Positions 8,776-18,353 of a DNA stretch of 64,000 nucleotides are shown here, piece after piece. Made by a program: the position numbers and the translations under genes. Each line of letters begins with the position of its first letter. Positions within the stretch are counted from its first letter, which is position 1. Below the pieces are notes generated by a model, which made no database searches, was not told the origin of the DNA, and worked only from the letters and a program-made list of their open reading frames with translations. Origin of the DNA: Candidatus Saccharicenans sp. (GTDB lineage: Bacteria > Acidobacteriota > Aminicenantia > Aminicenantales > Saccharicenantaceae); the NCBI GenBank assembly GCA_026414545.1, contig JAOAIU010000024.1:3695-67694 (forward strand), in the 5' to 3' direction.

Positions 8776-9016
8776 GGTCAGAAGGCATGGCTCGGAGTGG
8801 CAATAACAGAAAAGGAACGGAGCGACGGCCAGCCCGTCAGCCCTCAGGCCAGTCGGCCTGGGGGCTGCCCTGGCCCGATTACCTTCCCTGCCGGCAGCTG
8901 CCGGCAGAACTGGTTTCCTTCTTGCTCTGCCAGGAGCAGCAACCAACTTTCCAGAAGGCCATGCTTTCCAAAATCTTGAAGAGCTTAATTAATTAGCCCT
9001 GGATAAGGAGGAAGAT

Positions 9017-9808
9017 ATGTGTCGTCTGCTGGGACTTATAGCCAATCAGTCGGTGGACCTTGAATTTTCTCTGGACAAGTTTAAAAAATACTCCAGCCTC
9101 AATCAGGATGGCTGGGGAATCGGCTGGTACGAGAATGGCTCGGCCAGAATCTATAAGGAAGCCCTTAGCGCTTGGGTTGACCCCGGCTACAATCAGAAGT
9201 CAAGAGAGGTCCAATCAAAAATAATTATCGCCCACGTCAGAGCCGCCACCACCGGAAAAAGGGCCAGAGCAAACTCCCATCCTTTTATGAAGGATAACTG
9301 GATATTTGCGCATAACGGTTTGGTCCCCAGAGAACACCTAATTAAGCTGCTGACCGCAGCCCATAAAAAGGATCTTGAAGGTCAGACCGATTCGGAAGTC
9401 TATTTCCGCTGGATTCTTCAATGCCTGGATAAGAACGGAGAAGTTGTAAAGGGCATCAGCCAAGCAGTTGGCGAAATTATCGGAAAAACTCATTCAAATT
9501 GCTACCACGGTTTGAATTTCCTGCTGTCTGACGGCCAGAGACTTTATGCCCTCCGCTTTTCTAATCCCGGAAGCCTCGCTTATTATTCGCTTTATTATTT
9601 GTTGCGGGACCCGAAAGTGGACGGGCCGTCAGAATTCGCCTCCGAAGAAACCAAGATCATTTTAAGAAGTAAATCCCTGAAGGGGCAACGAGCTATCCTG
9701 GTCTGCTCTGAAAAGTTGACCGAAGAAAATTGGCAGGAGATAAAACCTGGTTACCTTCTGGAGGTCGGCCCGGACCTGCGGGTCCAGGAAAACCTGGTTA
9801 TAAAATGA
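9017..9808 (+). CDS. Class II (Ntn-type) glutamine amidotransferase, YafJ/GATase_4-like
   Basis: The N-terminal MC (Cys2 nucleophile after Met removal), DGWGIGWY, AHVRAATTG, NSHPF and WIFAHNG motifs are typical of stand-alone class II amidotransferases. A strong RBS AAGGAGGAAG is present. Confidence 0.8.
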   Translation: MCRLLGLIANQSVDLEFSLDKFKKYSSLNQDGWGIGWYENGSARIYKEALSAWVDPGYNQKSREVQSKIIIAHVRAATTGKRARANSHPFMKDNWIFAHNGLVPREHLIKLLTAAHKKDLEGQTDSEVYFRWILQCLDKNGEVVKGISQAVGEIIGKTHSNCYHGLNFLLSDGQRLYALRFSNPGSLAYYSLYYLLRDPKVDGPSEFASEETKIILRSKSLKGQRAILVCSEKLTEENWQEIKPGYLLEVGPDLRVQENLVIK

Positions 9809-9908
9809 TTCCGGATATCTGGTAAGAAACGGTAACCGGGATCCCTGTCAATAGAGCGCCGGCAGAAGATTGAGGTTGACAGGAGGCCTTCAAAGTCTTA
9901 TTAATCTA

Positions 9909-10217
9909 ATGAAATCGATGAAAAAAGTTGTTTTGACCACCGGATTGATGCTGATCTGGTTAGGTTATGTCTGCTTCACCGCGGGTCAGGTTACATCCCG
10001 GCCAGAAACCAGGCAGCAGGAAACCGTGGCCCAGACCCAGCCCGATCAAGTTCCCCCCCAGGAAGTTCAGAAACCAAAGCTCGATTACATGAGCACCTTC
10101 CTTTCCAGAACCACCAGCCCCCTGGGCTTAAAGGAGGACGAGGATTTGCGCCGCCTGCTTAAACAACCCAAGACTAAATGGGCCCTCAGAGCTGGCGTTC
10201 GCCATATTTTGAACTGA
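9909..10217 (+). CDS. Small membrane-anchored or exported hypothetical protein
   Basis: MKSMKKVVLTTGLMLIWLGYVCFTAG looks like a signal or anchor, followed by a Q/P/E-rich low-complexity region. I recognised no family. The start could be 9909 or 9918. Confidence 0.35.
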   Translation: MKSMKKVVLTTGLMLIWLGYVCFTAGQVTSRPETRQQETVAQTQPDQVPPQEVQKPKLDYMSTFLSRTTSPLGLKEDEDLRRLLKQPKTKWALRAGVRHILN

Positions 10218-10270
10218 TTTTTTTTGCCTGATTGATTCAATTTTTTGGATTTAGTATATATTATTGAAGA

Positions 10271-13120
10271 ATGGCCATGAGAAGAGGTTTCTTTTATCCC
10301 TTTCTGCTGCTGGTGCTCGTACTGATTGTTCTGGGTTTCATAAACATCTCCCGCAAGCTGGCCTGGAAAGAACCATACGATGGCGTTTCCTGGGTGGATG
10401 GTCCCACCGGATTGATTGCCGCCCGTGTGGATGAAGACAGCCCGGCCTATCTTTCCGGGATAAAGCCGGGAGACATCCTCTTCTCCATAAATGACACCCC
10501 GATAAAAAATAGAATAGAGTTCGCCAAAATGCTCTGGCTTATTGACCGCCTCGAGCAGAAAGCGTTATACCAGGTGGGTCGGAGCGGCACCATCCTTTCT
10601 CCGTCTTTCTATCTCACCAAGAAGGGAGTGAGTTCCACCTATATTTACCTGATGCTCCTGGGACTGGCCACCCTGGCCATCAGCCTTATGGTCTTCTTCA
10701 ACACCAAGAGATTATTCACCGGGCCTTATGCCTTTTTTTACCTGGTTTCCTTTTCGCTATATTCCTTTTATGTTTTTTCGGCCACGGGCCAGATGGATTT
10801 CCTGGATAGCCTTTTTTACTGGCTGGACAAGTTGGCCCTTCTGGCCTTTCCCCCGCTCCTGCTTAATTTCTTCTTCATCTTTCCCCAGAAGAAAAGAATA
10901 ATCCACAAGAAGAAACGGGTTGCCCTGTTCTACATTCCGGGCCTGGCCCTCCTGGTAACCAATATCCTGCTGGCCCTTGTCCTGGAATCCAGGTTGAGCG
11001 AAGCCCAGGTCCTGGCTTTTCAGAAAATTCTGGAAAAGCTGGAACTGGCCCATTTTGCCCTTTACAGCCTGCTGGCCCTCCTCCTGATCATCCGCGACCT
11101 CATCAGCAATATCAATCCGTACATAAAGAACCAGCTCAAATGGATTGCCGTTGGCCTGGGCCTTGGTTCTTTACCTTTTGCCGCCTTTTATGTTGTTCCC
11201 TTTCTCCAGGATCGCTTGCCCACCACTCCCGGCCAGTTGAGCGTGCTGCTTCAGAGCTTGATTCCGATAACCCTGGCTTATTCCATCTCCCGGTACCGGC
11301 TGATGGATTTTGAAGTGTTGTTTAAGAAGGGAACCACCTTGGTGATTTCCTTTGCCATGCTGGCCATGGTCTATTTTCTGGTCAGCTCCCAGACCGAACT
11401 CTTTTCCGAAAACCGGTTAAATGCCATCCTTCTGGGGCTGCTGGCCATAATTCTGGGGGCCACCCTGTTCACCCCGCTGTCTGAGCTGGTTCAAACGCTG
11501 GTTGACCGGGTAATCTACAAGCGCAGCTACGAGTACCGCCGGACTCTGCTAATGATTTCAAACGTCCTCAACCGGGAACGCGACCTCAGCCGCCTGAGCA
11601 ACTTCCTGGTAGATACCATTTCAAAGGCTTTGTCCCTCAAGCACTGTGACCTTTTTCTGGCCAGGGAAAATAACCCGACTGAATTTTACCTGCTCCGGTC
11701 TTCTGAACCCGACCTGCCGATCAATTCTCTCTCAATTTCTCTCCCCGAAATGGAACTGTTACAAAAGGCCGAATTTGTCTCGCTCGTCCAGCCGGGAGAA
11801 AATCCACCCGGTTCTGGCCTGTTTGTGCCCCTGCTGGAAAAGGGGCGGGTCCATATCCTGCCGCTGCGCCTGGAAAACAAGGTCATGGGCTTCCTGGCCA
11901 TGAGCCACAAGCTGGACGAGTCCTATCTCTCTGGCGAGGACCGGGAGCTGCTGCGCACCATCTCCACCTCGGTGGCCCTGGCCCTGGAAAACGCTTACCT
12001 GTATAACCAGGAAATAATCCGGTCGCAGGAACTGCAGCGTCTGAAGGATTACAGCGATAACATCATCGAAAGTTTGACGGTCGGGGTGGCGGTCATCGAC
12101 CAGACCGGTCGAGTAATCGGTTGGAACCGGGTGCTGGAAAGGCAATTTGGACTGGCCCGGGACCAGGCTCTTAACCGTCATTTATCTGAGGTCATCGGAA
12201 AATATAATTTCCAGGCCATCTTTCCGCCCGAGACCCAGACCGAGTACCAGCTCCTGAGCGAAATCGGATTGACCACGGCCCGGGGCGAAAAGAAAATCTT
12301 CGACGTGGCCCGTACTCCCCTGTTTGACAACCAGATGAAAGCCTACGGTACCATCATCGTTTTTGAAGACATCACCGAAAAAATCCACCTGCAGCAGCAG
12401 TTGCTGACTTCAGAAAAGCTGGCTTCCATCGGACTGCTGTCAGCCGGAGTGGCCCACGAAATCAACACCCCGCTGACCGGCATTTCCAGCTACGTCCAGA
12501 TGTTGCAGAAGAAGCTGACCGACACTCACTATCTTCAGATCTTGCAGAAGATCGAAGCCCAGACTGAGAGGGTTAACCGCATCATCAAGAACCTGCTGAA
12601 CTTTGCCCGCAACCCGGCCGACGAGTATTATCACCGAGTGGACCTCAAGGAAAGCCTGGAAGAAATCATCTCGCTCATAGATTACCGGCTGAAAAGCCTG
12701 AACATCCAGCTGGAGCTGAACCTGAACCCGGTGGTGATTTACGCCCAGCGGGAAAGGCTGCAGCAGGTCTTCATAAACATCATTCTCAACGCCATGGACG
12801 CCATGCCCGAAGGCGGCAAACTGACCATCGAATGCCAGCAGAAAGAAAAGCTGGCCATGGTCAAGATCACCGACACCGGAACCGGCATCAGGCCGGAACA
12901 CCTGCCGAGAATCTTTGATCCCTTTTTTACCACCAAGGGCCTGGGCAAAGGAACCGGGCTGGGTCTATCCATCAGCTTTGCCATAGTCAAGGAACACGAT
13001 GGGCAAATACTGGTGGACAGTGCCGTCGGCCGGGGCACCACTTTTACCATCATCCTGCCCACCGCCCTGTCAGAAAAGAACCGCCCGAAAATACAACCAC
13101 GGGGAAGTCACCATGAATGA
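10271..13120 (+). CDS. Sensor histidine kinase: TM - periplasmic PDZ - polytopic membrane domain - GAF - PAS - HisKA - HATPase_c
   Basis: 949 aa. PDZ-like SPAYLSGIKPGDILFSINDTPI follows TM1, then about 10 hydrophobic helices. The H-box is GVAHEINTPL and the N/G boxes are NAMDAM, DTGTGI and GTGLGLS. The stop overlaps the start of the downstream response regulator (ATGAATGA). Confidence 0.85.
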   Translation: MAMRRGFFYPFLLLVLVLIVLGFINISRKLAWKEPYDGVSWVDGPTGLIAARVDEDSPAYLSGIKPGDILFSINDTPIKNRIEFAKMLWLIDRLEQKALYQVGRSGTILSPSFYLTKKGVSSTYIYLMLLGLATLAISLMVFFNTKRLFTGPYAFFYLVSFSLYSFYVFSATGQMDFLDSLFYWLDKLALLAFPPLLLNFFFIFPQKKRIIHKKKRVALFYIPGLALLVTNILLALVLESRLSEAQVLAFQKILEKLELAHFALYSLLALLLIIRDLISNINPYIKNQLKWIAVGLGLGSLPFAAFYVVPFLQDRLPTTPGQLSVLLQSLIPITLAYSISRYRLMDFEVLFKKGTTLVISFAMLAMVYFLVSSQTELFSENRLNAILLGLLAIILGATLFTPLSELVQTLVDRVIYKRSYEYRRTLLMISNVLNRERDLSRLSNFLVDTISKALSLKHCDLFLARENNPTEFYLLRSSEPDLPINSLSISLPEMELLQKAEFVSLVQPGENPPGSGLFVPLLEKGRVHILPLRLENKVMGFLAMSHKLDESYLSGEDRELLRTISTSVALALENAYLYNQEIIRSQELQRLKDYSDNIIESLTVGVAVIDQTGRVIGWNRVLERQFGLARDQALNRHLSEVIGKYNFQAIFPPETQTEYQLLSEIGLTTARGEKKIFDVARTPLFDNQMKAYGTIIVFEDITEKIHLQQQLLTSEKLASIGLLSAGVAHEINTPLTGISSYVQMLQKKLTDTHYLQILQKIEAQTERVNRIIKNLLNFARNPADEYYHRVDLKESLEEIISLIDYRLKSLNIQLELNLNPVVIYAQRERLQQVFINIILNAMDAMPEGGKLTIECQQKEKLAMVKITDTGTGIRPEHLPRIFDPFFTTKGLGKGTGLGLSISFAIVKEHDGQILVDSAVGRGTTFTIILPTALSEKNRPKIQPRGSHHE

Positions 13121-14492
13121 TAATGTCTTGATCCACCTGATCGATGATGAACCCATCATCCATGATGTTCTGGGGCAACTCCTGGAATCAGAGGGCTTCC
13201 AGGTTGAGATTTCTGCCTCAGGGGAGGAAGCTCTAAAAAAATTCGAGGAGCAAAAATTCGACCTGATTCTGCTCGACCTGCTAATGCCCGGCCTGGACGG
13301 TCTGGAAGTCTTGAAACAGATCAGGAAAATTGACCCGGAAGCTCTGGTGATCATCATCACCGCTTACGCCTCGGTGGAATCGGCCCTGACCGCCATCAAG
13401 ATGGGAGCCTATGATTACATTCAGAAGCCCTTCAAGAACGACGAATTACTGATGACCATCAGGCGGGCCCTGGAACACCGCCGGCTGCAGGAGGAAAACA
13501 TCAGGCTGCGCCACGAACTGAAAAAGAAGTTCAGCTTCGAGAACATCATCGGCAAGAGCCAGGCTATGATGAATGTCTTCGAACTGATCAAAGCCGCCGC
13601 CCCCACTCGCTCCACCATCCTGATTCAGGGAGAAAGCGGCACCGGCAAGGAACTGGTGGCCCGGGCCATTCACCTGAACTCCGACCGGGCCCGCCATCCC
13701 TTCGTGGTGGTCAACAGCGGCTCGTTGCCCCCGGACCTGCTGGAAAGCCACCTCTTCGGCCATGTCAAAGGTGCTTTTACCGGCGCGGTCACCGACAAGA
13801 AAGGTCTGTTCGAGGCGGCCGACCGGGGCACCATCTTCTTCGACGAAATCTCTTCTATCAGCCTGGAAACCCAGGTCAAATTGCTCCGGGTCATGCAGGA
13901 CAAAGAATTCATGCGACTGGGCGGAACCAGAACCATCAAGGTCGACGTCCGCATCATCGCCGCCACCAATACCGACCTGGAGGAACTGATCGAGCAGAAG
14001 GCTTTCCGCAAGGACCTGTTCTACCGTCTGAACGTCATTAAAATCGAACTGCCACCGCTCCGGGCCAGGAAAGAAGACATCCCGCTGCTGGTCAAGCATT
14101 TCATCGATCTTTATAACGCCGAGAACCAGAAACAGGTGGAGGGGGTCAGCGAGGACGTCATGGAAATCCTGATGGATTACGACTGGCCCGGTAATGTCCG
14201 GGAACTGGAAAACGTACTGGAAAGGGCCGTGGTGCTCTGCAAGTCCAGGGTCATCACCCGCGATGCCCTGCCGCCCTTCCTGCTGAGCGGGAAAAAAATC
14301 ATGTTCGAAGAGCTGGACAATGCCAGCCTGGACCTTAAAGAAAAGACGGTTGAATTCCAGAAAAAATTGATCCTGACCGCCCTGGAAAAAGCCGGTGGCG
14401 TTCAGAAAAAGGCGGCCCAGCTTCTGGGATTGAAGCCAACGACGCTCAACGAAATGATCAAACGCCTGAAAATAAACACCAGGCTTATATAG
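13113..14492 (+). CDS. Sigma54-dependent response regulator (NtrC/AtoC family bacterial enhancer-binding protein)
   Basis: REC domain (DLILLDLLMPGLDG), AAA+ sigma54-interaction domain with Walker A GESGTGKE and the GAFTGA loop (VKGAFTGAV), and a C-terminal Fis-type HTH (AAQLLGLKPTTLNEMIKRL). I take the start at ATG 13113; the track's longer 12999 start overlaps the kinase. Confidence 0.9.
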   Translation: MNDNVLIHLIDDEPIIHDVLGQLLESEGFQVEISASGEEALKKFEEQKFDLILLDLLMPGLDGLEVLKQIRKIDPEALVIIITAYASVESALTAIKMGAYDYIQKPFKNDELLMTIRRALEHRRLQEENIRLRHELKKKFSFENIIGKSQAMMNVFELIKAAAPTRSTILIQGESGTGKELVARAIHLNSDRARHPFVVVNSGSLPPDLLESHLFGHVKGAFTGAVTDKKGLFEAADRGTIFFDEISSISLETQVKLLRVMQDKEFMRLGGTRTIKVDVRIIAATNTDLEELIEQKAFRKDLFYRLNVIKIELPPLRARKEDIPLLVKHFIDLYNAENQKQVEGVSEDVMEILMDYDWPGNVRELENVLERAVVLCKSRVITRDALPPFLLSGKKIMFEELDNASLDLKEKTVEFQKKLILTALEKAGGVQKKAAQLLGLKPTTLNEMIKRLKINTRLI

Positions 14493-14514
14493 ATGGCCGG
14501 CCCGCAGTCGAACC

Positions 14515-17142
14515 TCATTCAAACCGTCCGGGCACCAGGTTACCCGGGTTGACCCTGACCTTCTTCAGCCGGCCGGAAAATTCGAGGTCGAACGATTGGG
14601 AGGCCGACTCGAGCCTGAGAACGTGCTCGCTCTTTCCCCGGTCCGTTTCCAGAACCACCCTGAGGGGAAAGACCATCGGTCGGCTGAGCTGCCGGACGGT
14701 CAACTTCAAGCTGGAGGTGGACCCCAGGGTCTGTACTTTTTGCTCCACCCGGACCTCGGGCAGCCGCTCGGAATAAAACCAGTCTCCAAAAAACGGCCTG
14801 AGATCCTGCCCGGAAACCCGTTCCATCGTCAGACGAAAGTCGGAGGTCCTGGCTGCCTGAAACCGGAAGTGCGAAAAGAATTCCCGCAATCCCCGGAAGA
14901 ACACCTCCTCGCCCAGCCAGTCTTTGAGCAGGAAAAGCGCCAGGGCGGCTTTGTTGTACACGATGGCCTGGTAGCCCTCAAAGTCGATGTGGCTGAGGCG
15001 AATCCCCAGGATAAGCGGCCCCAGCCTTGATTTTTTCCGGACCGAGGAGGAAATTTTCTGCAGGATTTTTTCAAAATCTCTCTGCCCGTAACGCTCTTCC
15101 AGGTAAAGGATGGTAGAAAACTGAGCCAGCCCTTCTGTGAGCCAGTTATCCCGGTACGAGGTCCAGGTCACACCATGCCCCCACCACTGGTGGGCCAGCT
15201 CGTGCGCCAGGTAATACTCCGGCCAGTAGGAAAGGTCGACCGGGCTGGAGGGGTTGATGATGATCAATTCGGGGCTGCGGGAAAAGGGCAGCTGGTCCAG
15301 AATCACCAGGCCGGCCGGAGCATGGCCACCTTGGGTGTGCCAGTAGCGCTGAGCAATGGCCAGCCGTTCGAAGGGAAAAGGCCCGAAGTATTTCTTGTAA
15401 GCCTCGAGAATGCTGGAGGCATCGTTCAGGATCTGCTTGGCCTGATGACGCCAGTCCTGGGTAGTAAAGTGCTCGATGGTCAGGCCGTTGGTGATCTTCT
15501 TGACAGAAACAAGACGGGCGATGAAAAAACTGATGTACTTAACCGGCACCTGGCTCTCGTAGATGAAGATGGAATTGCCCAGGTTTTCCAGCTCGGTTAC
15601 GCTGGCCGCTTCCTTCACCGAATACATTTCCAGGAGTCGGCCACCGGCCAGGCAATAATAGCCATCCGGAACAATCATCCGCAGCCGAAAACTGACAAAT
15701 CTTTCCCGCACCGGAGATGGGTACCAGTCGGAGGACTGGGTAAACAGGAAGCTATTGCTTATGGAAAAAAGAATGGTGGGTTCTTCCGACCGAATCTGCG
15801 GTCCGGCATCGGTCAGTGGCGGCGGTGGTACTATCTTTCCCCGGTAAAAAATTCTCAGGCCAGTTTCCTGGCCACGGGGCAGCCTCTCCGCCAGGTATAT
15901 GTAAAGATACTTGCGGAAGCGGTCCCGGCTGTAGAACAGCTCCCGACCCTTATCATCCTCAATCTTCAAGATCTGCAGCTCCGGGTTCAATCGAAGCTGG
16001 CAGCTGTCCAGATTATCGACGGTCGAGGCCAGCCGGATGGCTGCCGAGGCGGCCAGCTGGCTGCTCTCCGGCCGGTAGCTGGCTTCGATGTCATAATTTT
16101 TGACCTCAAATTTTTCCCCGAACCGGAGGAACATCCTTTTCTGCCCTTCCTCCTGGGGCGAATAGCTGTTGAGCAACCTATTCCTGGTTCTATCCAGGAA
16201 AGAAATCTCTTCCTCGGCAAAGGGAGAGTAAACATAGGTAAATTCTCCGCCCTTGACCGTTTTCAGTTCAATCACCGTCTCCCCAGCTGGCGGTAGAAAA
16301 GTCAGAAGCTCACCGGTCAGCGAATTCTCCAGGGTAAAAGACCTGGAATAATTCCGCGAAAATATGGAATAGACCCTGTTATTCAGGACCTCCTCCGGAA
16401 TTGAACCTGGGAGCCCTTCCACCGGTTCATAGAGCAAATTATCCTGGAAATAGCTGTCGCTTCCCCTGACGTAAACATATTCCAGGTCCTCTTCAAAGGC
16501 CGGCTTTCGATAAACCCGGTTCAGCTGATTTCTTTCTATTTCATCGGAGGGCCGGAAACTGACCTGGCCCCGGCCGATGATGATGATGGCCGTTTCAATC
16601 CCGGGCAGGTTATCAAAGAAGATCTGTCCTTCAGTAAAAGTAATGACGATGTCTTTCTGAGCCAGGCGGATATGGCGAGCCCGGGTGCTTCTTTCCCCGG
16701 GAAAGCGCAGGCGATAAAGGTCCTTAAGGCTACTGCTCACAAGTCTCTGGTGAATTCGCAGGCCATCGGGGCCAAGGTTGTAAGTTATCTGCCAGACTTC
16801 GATCACCGCCGAGTATTCTTTCTGTAACAGCACCTGGAAAAAGGCCCGGTTCAACCCGTTTTGATCTCGGCTTTCACCCGAAAAGAAAATGGACAGGCTT
16901 TCCAGCCCCGGCTGATTAAGGTACGCTGCCAGGGCCTGGCTTTCTGCCTGGCGTATTTCCGGCAGGCAGAGCTCCAGATAAGCCTCGAGGCTCCTGGTTT
17001 CCAGGGCCTTGACCAGTGGCCTGAGGTGCTCTGGCGCCGACGGCTGGGCAGGATAGAGACGGAGGCATAAGAAAAGGCTGGCCAACACCACCCAGGAGCT
17101 TGTCGCCGATCGTTTTCTTACCCCAAAAATTCCTCCCGGCAA
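14515..17142 (-). CDS. Exported M1-family zinc metallopeptidase (aminopeptidase N-like)
   Basis: HELAHQWWG (HEXXH) followed by WLTEGLAQF (third zinc ligand Glu), plus an N-terminal signal-like segment. The start codon is uncertain (TTG at 17142). Confidence 0.8.
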   Translation of the reverse strand: MPGGIFGVRKRSATSSWVVLASLFLCLRLYPAQPSAPEHLRPLVKALETRSLEAYLELCLPEIRQAESQALAAYLNQPGLESLSIFFSGESRDQNGLNRAFFQVLLQKEYSAVIEVWQITYNLGPDGLRIHQRLVSSSLKDLYRLRFPGERSTRARHIRLAQKDIVITFTEGQIFFDNLPGIETAIIIIGRGQVSFRPSDEIERNQLNRVYRKPAFEEDLEYVYVRGSDSYFQDNLLYEPVEGLPGSIPEEVLNNRVYSIFSRNYSRSFTLENSLTGELLTFLPPAGETVIELKTVKGGEFTYVYSPFAEEEISFLDRTRNRLLNSYSPQEEGQKRMFLRFGEKFEVKNYDIEASYRPESSQLAASAAIRLASTVDNLDSCQLRLNPELQILKIEDDKGRELFYSRDRFRKYLYIYLAERLPRGQETGLRIFYRGKIVPPPPLTDAGPQIRSEEPTILFSISNSFLFTQSSDWYPSPVRERFVSFRLRMIVPDGYYCLAGGRLLEMYSVKEAASVTELENLGNSIFIYESQVPVKYISFFIARLVSVKKITNGLTIEHFTTQDWRHQAKQILNDASSILEAYKKYFGPFPFERLAIAQRYWHTQGGHAPAGLVILDQLPFSRSPELIIINPSSPVDLSYWPEYYLAHELAHQWWGHGVTWTSYRDNWLTEGLAQFSTILYLEERYGQRDFEKILQKISSSVRKKSRLGPLILGIRLSHIDFEGYQAIVYNKAALALFLLKDWLGEEVFFRGLREFFSHFRFQAARTSDFRLTMERVSGQDLRPFFGDWFYSERLPEVRVEQKVQTLGSTSSLKLTVRQLSRPMVFPLRVVLETDRGKSEHVLRLESASQSFDLEFSGRLKKVRVNPGNLVPGRFE

Positions 17143-17341
17143 CCGGGTGCCAATTCTATTATATACGAAGTCCCGGCGGGGCCGGCATTCTAATACTGGA
17201 TAATGCAGGTTTTATGCCAGCCATGGAAGTCACTTGTGGAATGCTATCCGGCAGCAGTCAGGCTATGATCGGGCAAACCCGGAGTGGCAAAAGGCTGAAG
17301 AGCCTTAAACTTTGATTACAACCTGGTAAAAATATTTACAA

Positions 17342-17797
17342 TCAGGGCTGGGGCTTGGGTTCTTCCTTTTCCTTTTTTTCCTTCTTGAGATATTCTTCCC
17401 AGGTGACGAAGCTATGGTAGAAAATAGCATCCCCTTCATCTATTCCCCGGGTGATTTCTGTGATATGGGAAGTGGTGGCTCCAAAAGCTTCCACGGCGTA
17501 GATGACTGCCTTTTCCGGGTCGATGGTGTTGCCACAAGTATAGATGTCCAGGGCCCCGTAATTCATTTCCGGCCAGGTATGGGTGGATATATGAGACTCA
17601 GAAATCACCACCACGCCACTGACGCCGTTCGGCGGGAAACGGCTGAAAGAGATTGACCAGACCTGGGCCCCAGCAATTTCTGCGGCCTTGACCAGAATCT
17701 GCTGGACCTTTTCCACACTGCCGATGACCTTGGGGTCGCAGCCTGAAGCCTCAACGATGTAATGGTGGCCGATGGTGGAATGATGCTCTTTGGTCAT
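17342..17797 (-). CDS. speH: S-adenosylmethionine decarboxylase proenzyme (pyruvoyl-dependent, SpeH type)
   Basis: The self-cleavage motif ISESHISTHTWPE is present and the size and core are typical of class 1 AdoMetDC. There is an unusual K/E-rich C-terminal tail (EEYLKKEKKEKEEPKPQP). Confidence 0.85.
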   Translation of the reverse strand: MTKEHHSTIGHHYIVEASGCDPKVIGSVEKVQQILVKAAEIAGAQVWSISFSRFPPNGVSGVVVISESHISTHTWPEMNYGALDIYTCGNTIDPEKAVIYAVEAFGATTSHITEITRGIDEGDAIFYHSFVTWEEYLKKEKKEKEEPKPQP

Positions 17798-17869
17798 TCA
17801 GTTCCTCCGTCGTTATTTTACAATTTGATTATGGCATAAATGGAACTCATGTCAATAAACTTCTGTGGT

Positions 17870-18313
17870 TCAAACTGGAACCCGAGGGTCGTTCTTGACC
17901 ACGTTGAGCACCAGCTGGGTTACGGTGCGGTCAATGTACTTGATTGACAGGACTTTCTTGATGAACTGGTTCAGATCCTGGCGGTCGAGGAAACAGCCTA
18001 TGACCACCGAATCCCAGTCTCCGGTGACATCGAACACGGCCATAACCCGGCGGTCTTCGGCAATTTTCTGCTGGGTTTCCAGCAGTTTGCCCTGGGTAAA
18101 CCGCATCAGGATCACCGCCATCAGGCCAAAGCCGAAATATTCGGGGTTAAGAACAGGGATGTAACCCTTGATGGCTCCAGCCTCTTCCAGCTTTCTTATG
18201 GTCTGGATCACAGCCGGGACAGAAATCCCCGTTTCCCGGGCAATCTCCCGGTAGCTTTTCCTGGCATCCTGATTAAGGCAGGCGACGATTTTTCTTTCGG
18301 TTTCTGCCGGCAT
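17870..18313 (-). CDS. Lrp/AsnC-family transcriptional regulator
   Basis: 147 aa with an N-terminal wHTH (DARKSYREIARETGISVPAVIQTIRKLEEAGAIKGY) and a C-terminal RAM/ACT-like domain. It is divergent from glnA. Confidence 0.85.
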   Translation of the reverse strand: MPAETERKIVACLNQDARKSYREIARETGISVPAVIQTIRKLEEAGAIKGYIPVLNPEYFGFGLMAVILMRFTQGKLLETQQKIAEDRRVMAVFDVTGDWDSVVIGCFLDRQDLNQFIKKVLSIKYIDRTVTQLVLNVVKNDPRVPV

Positions 18314-18353
18314 GAGGCCTCCATTACGAACATAAAAATTTTTCCTTCATATA

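Noticed and set aside
8521-8996. Several overlapping 60-141-aa ORFs (8521-8946 minus, 8787-8996 plus, 8797-8979 plus) in the spacer before the amidotransferase gene.
   Set aside because: They are mutually exclusive frames with Arg/Pro/Gly-rich products and no RBS or motifs, so they are probably non-coding GC-rich spacer.
12999-13112. N-terminal extensions offered by the ORF track for the response regulator (12999). The same pattern occurs for nuoF-like (22058), patB-like (54312), the SpoU methyltransferase (57919), trpS (27419) and the XRE gene (6276).
   Set aside because: The extensions overlap upstream genes or promoter elements and add non-homologous, often Pro/Arg/Gly-rich sequence. Internal ATGs with RBS-like purine tracts give N-termini typical of each family.
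17139-17152. A sigma54-like element on the minus strand (TGGCAC-CCGG-TTGC) at the start of the M1 peptidase gene.
   Set aside because: The spacer is 4 nt instead of 5, which breaks the strict -24/-12 phasing. The motif also overlaps the putative start codon rather than lying upstream of it.
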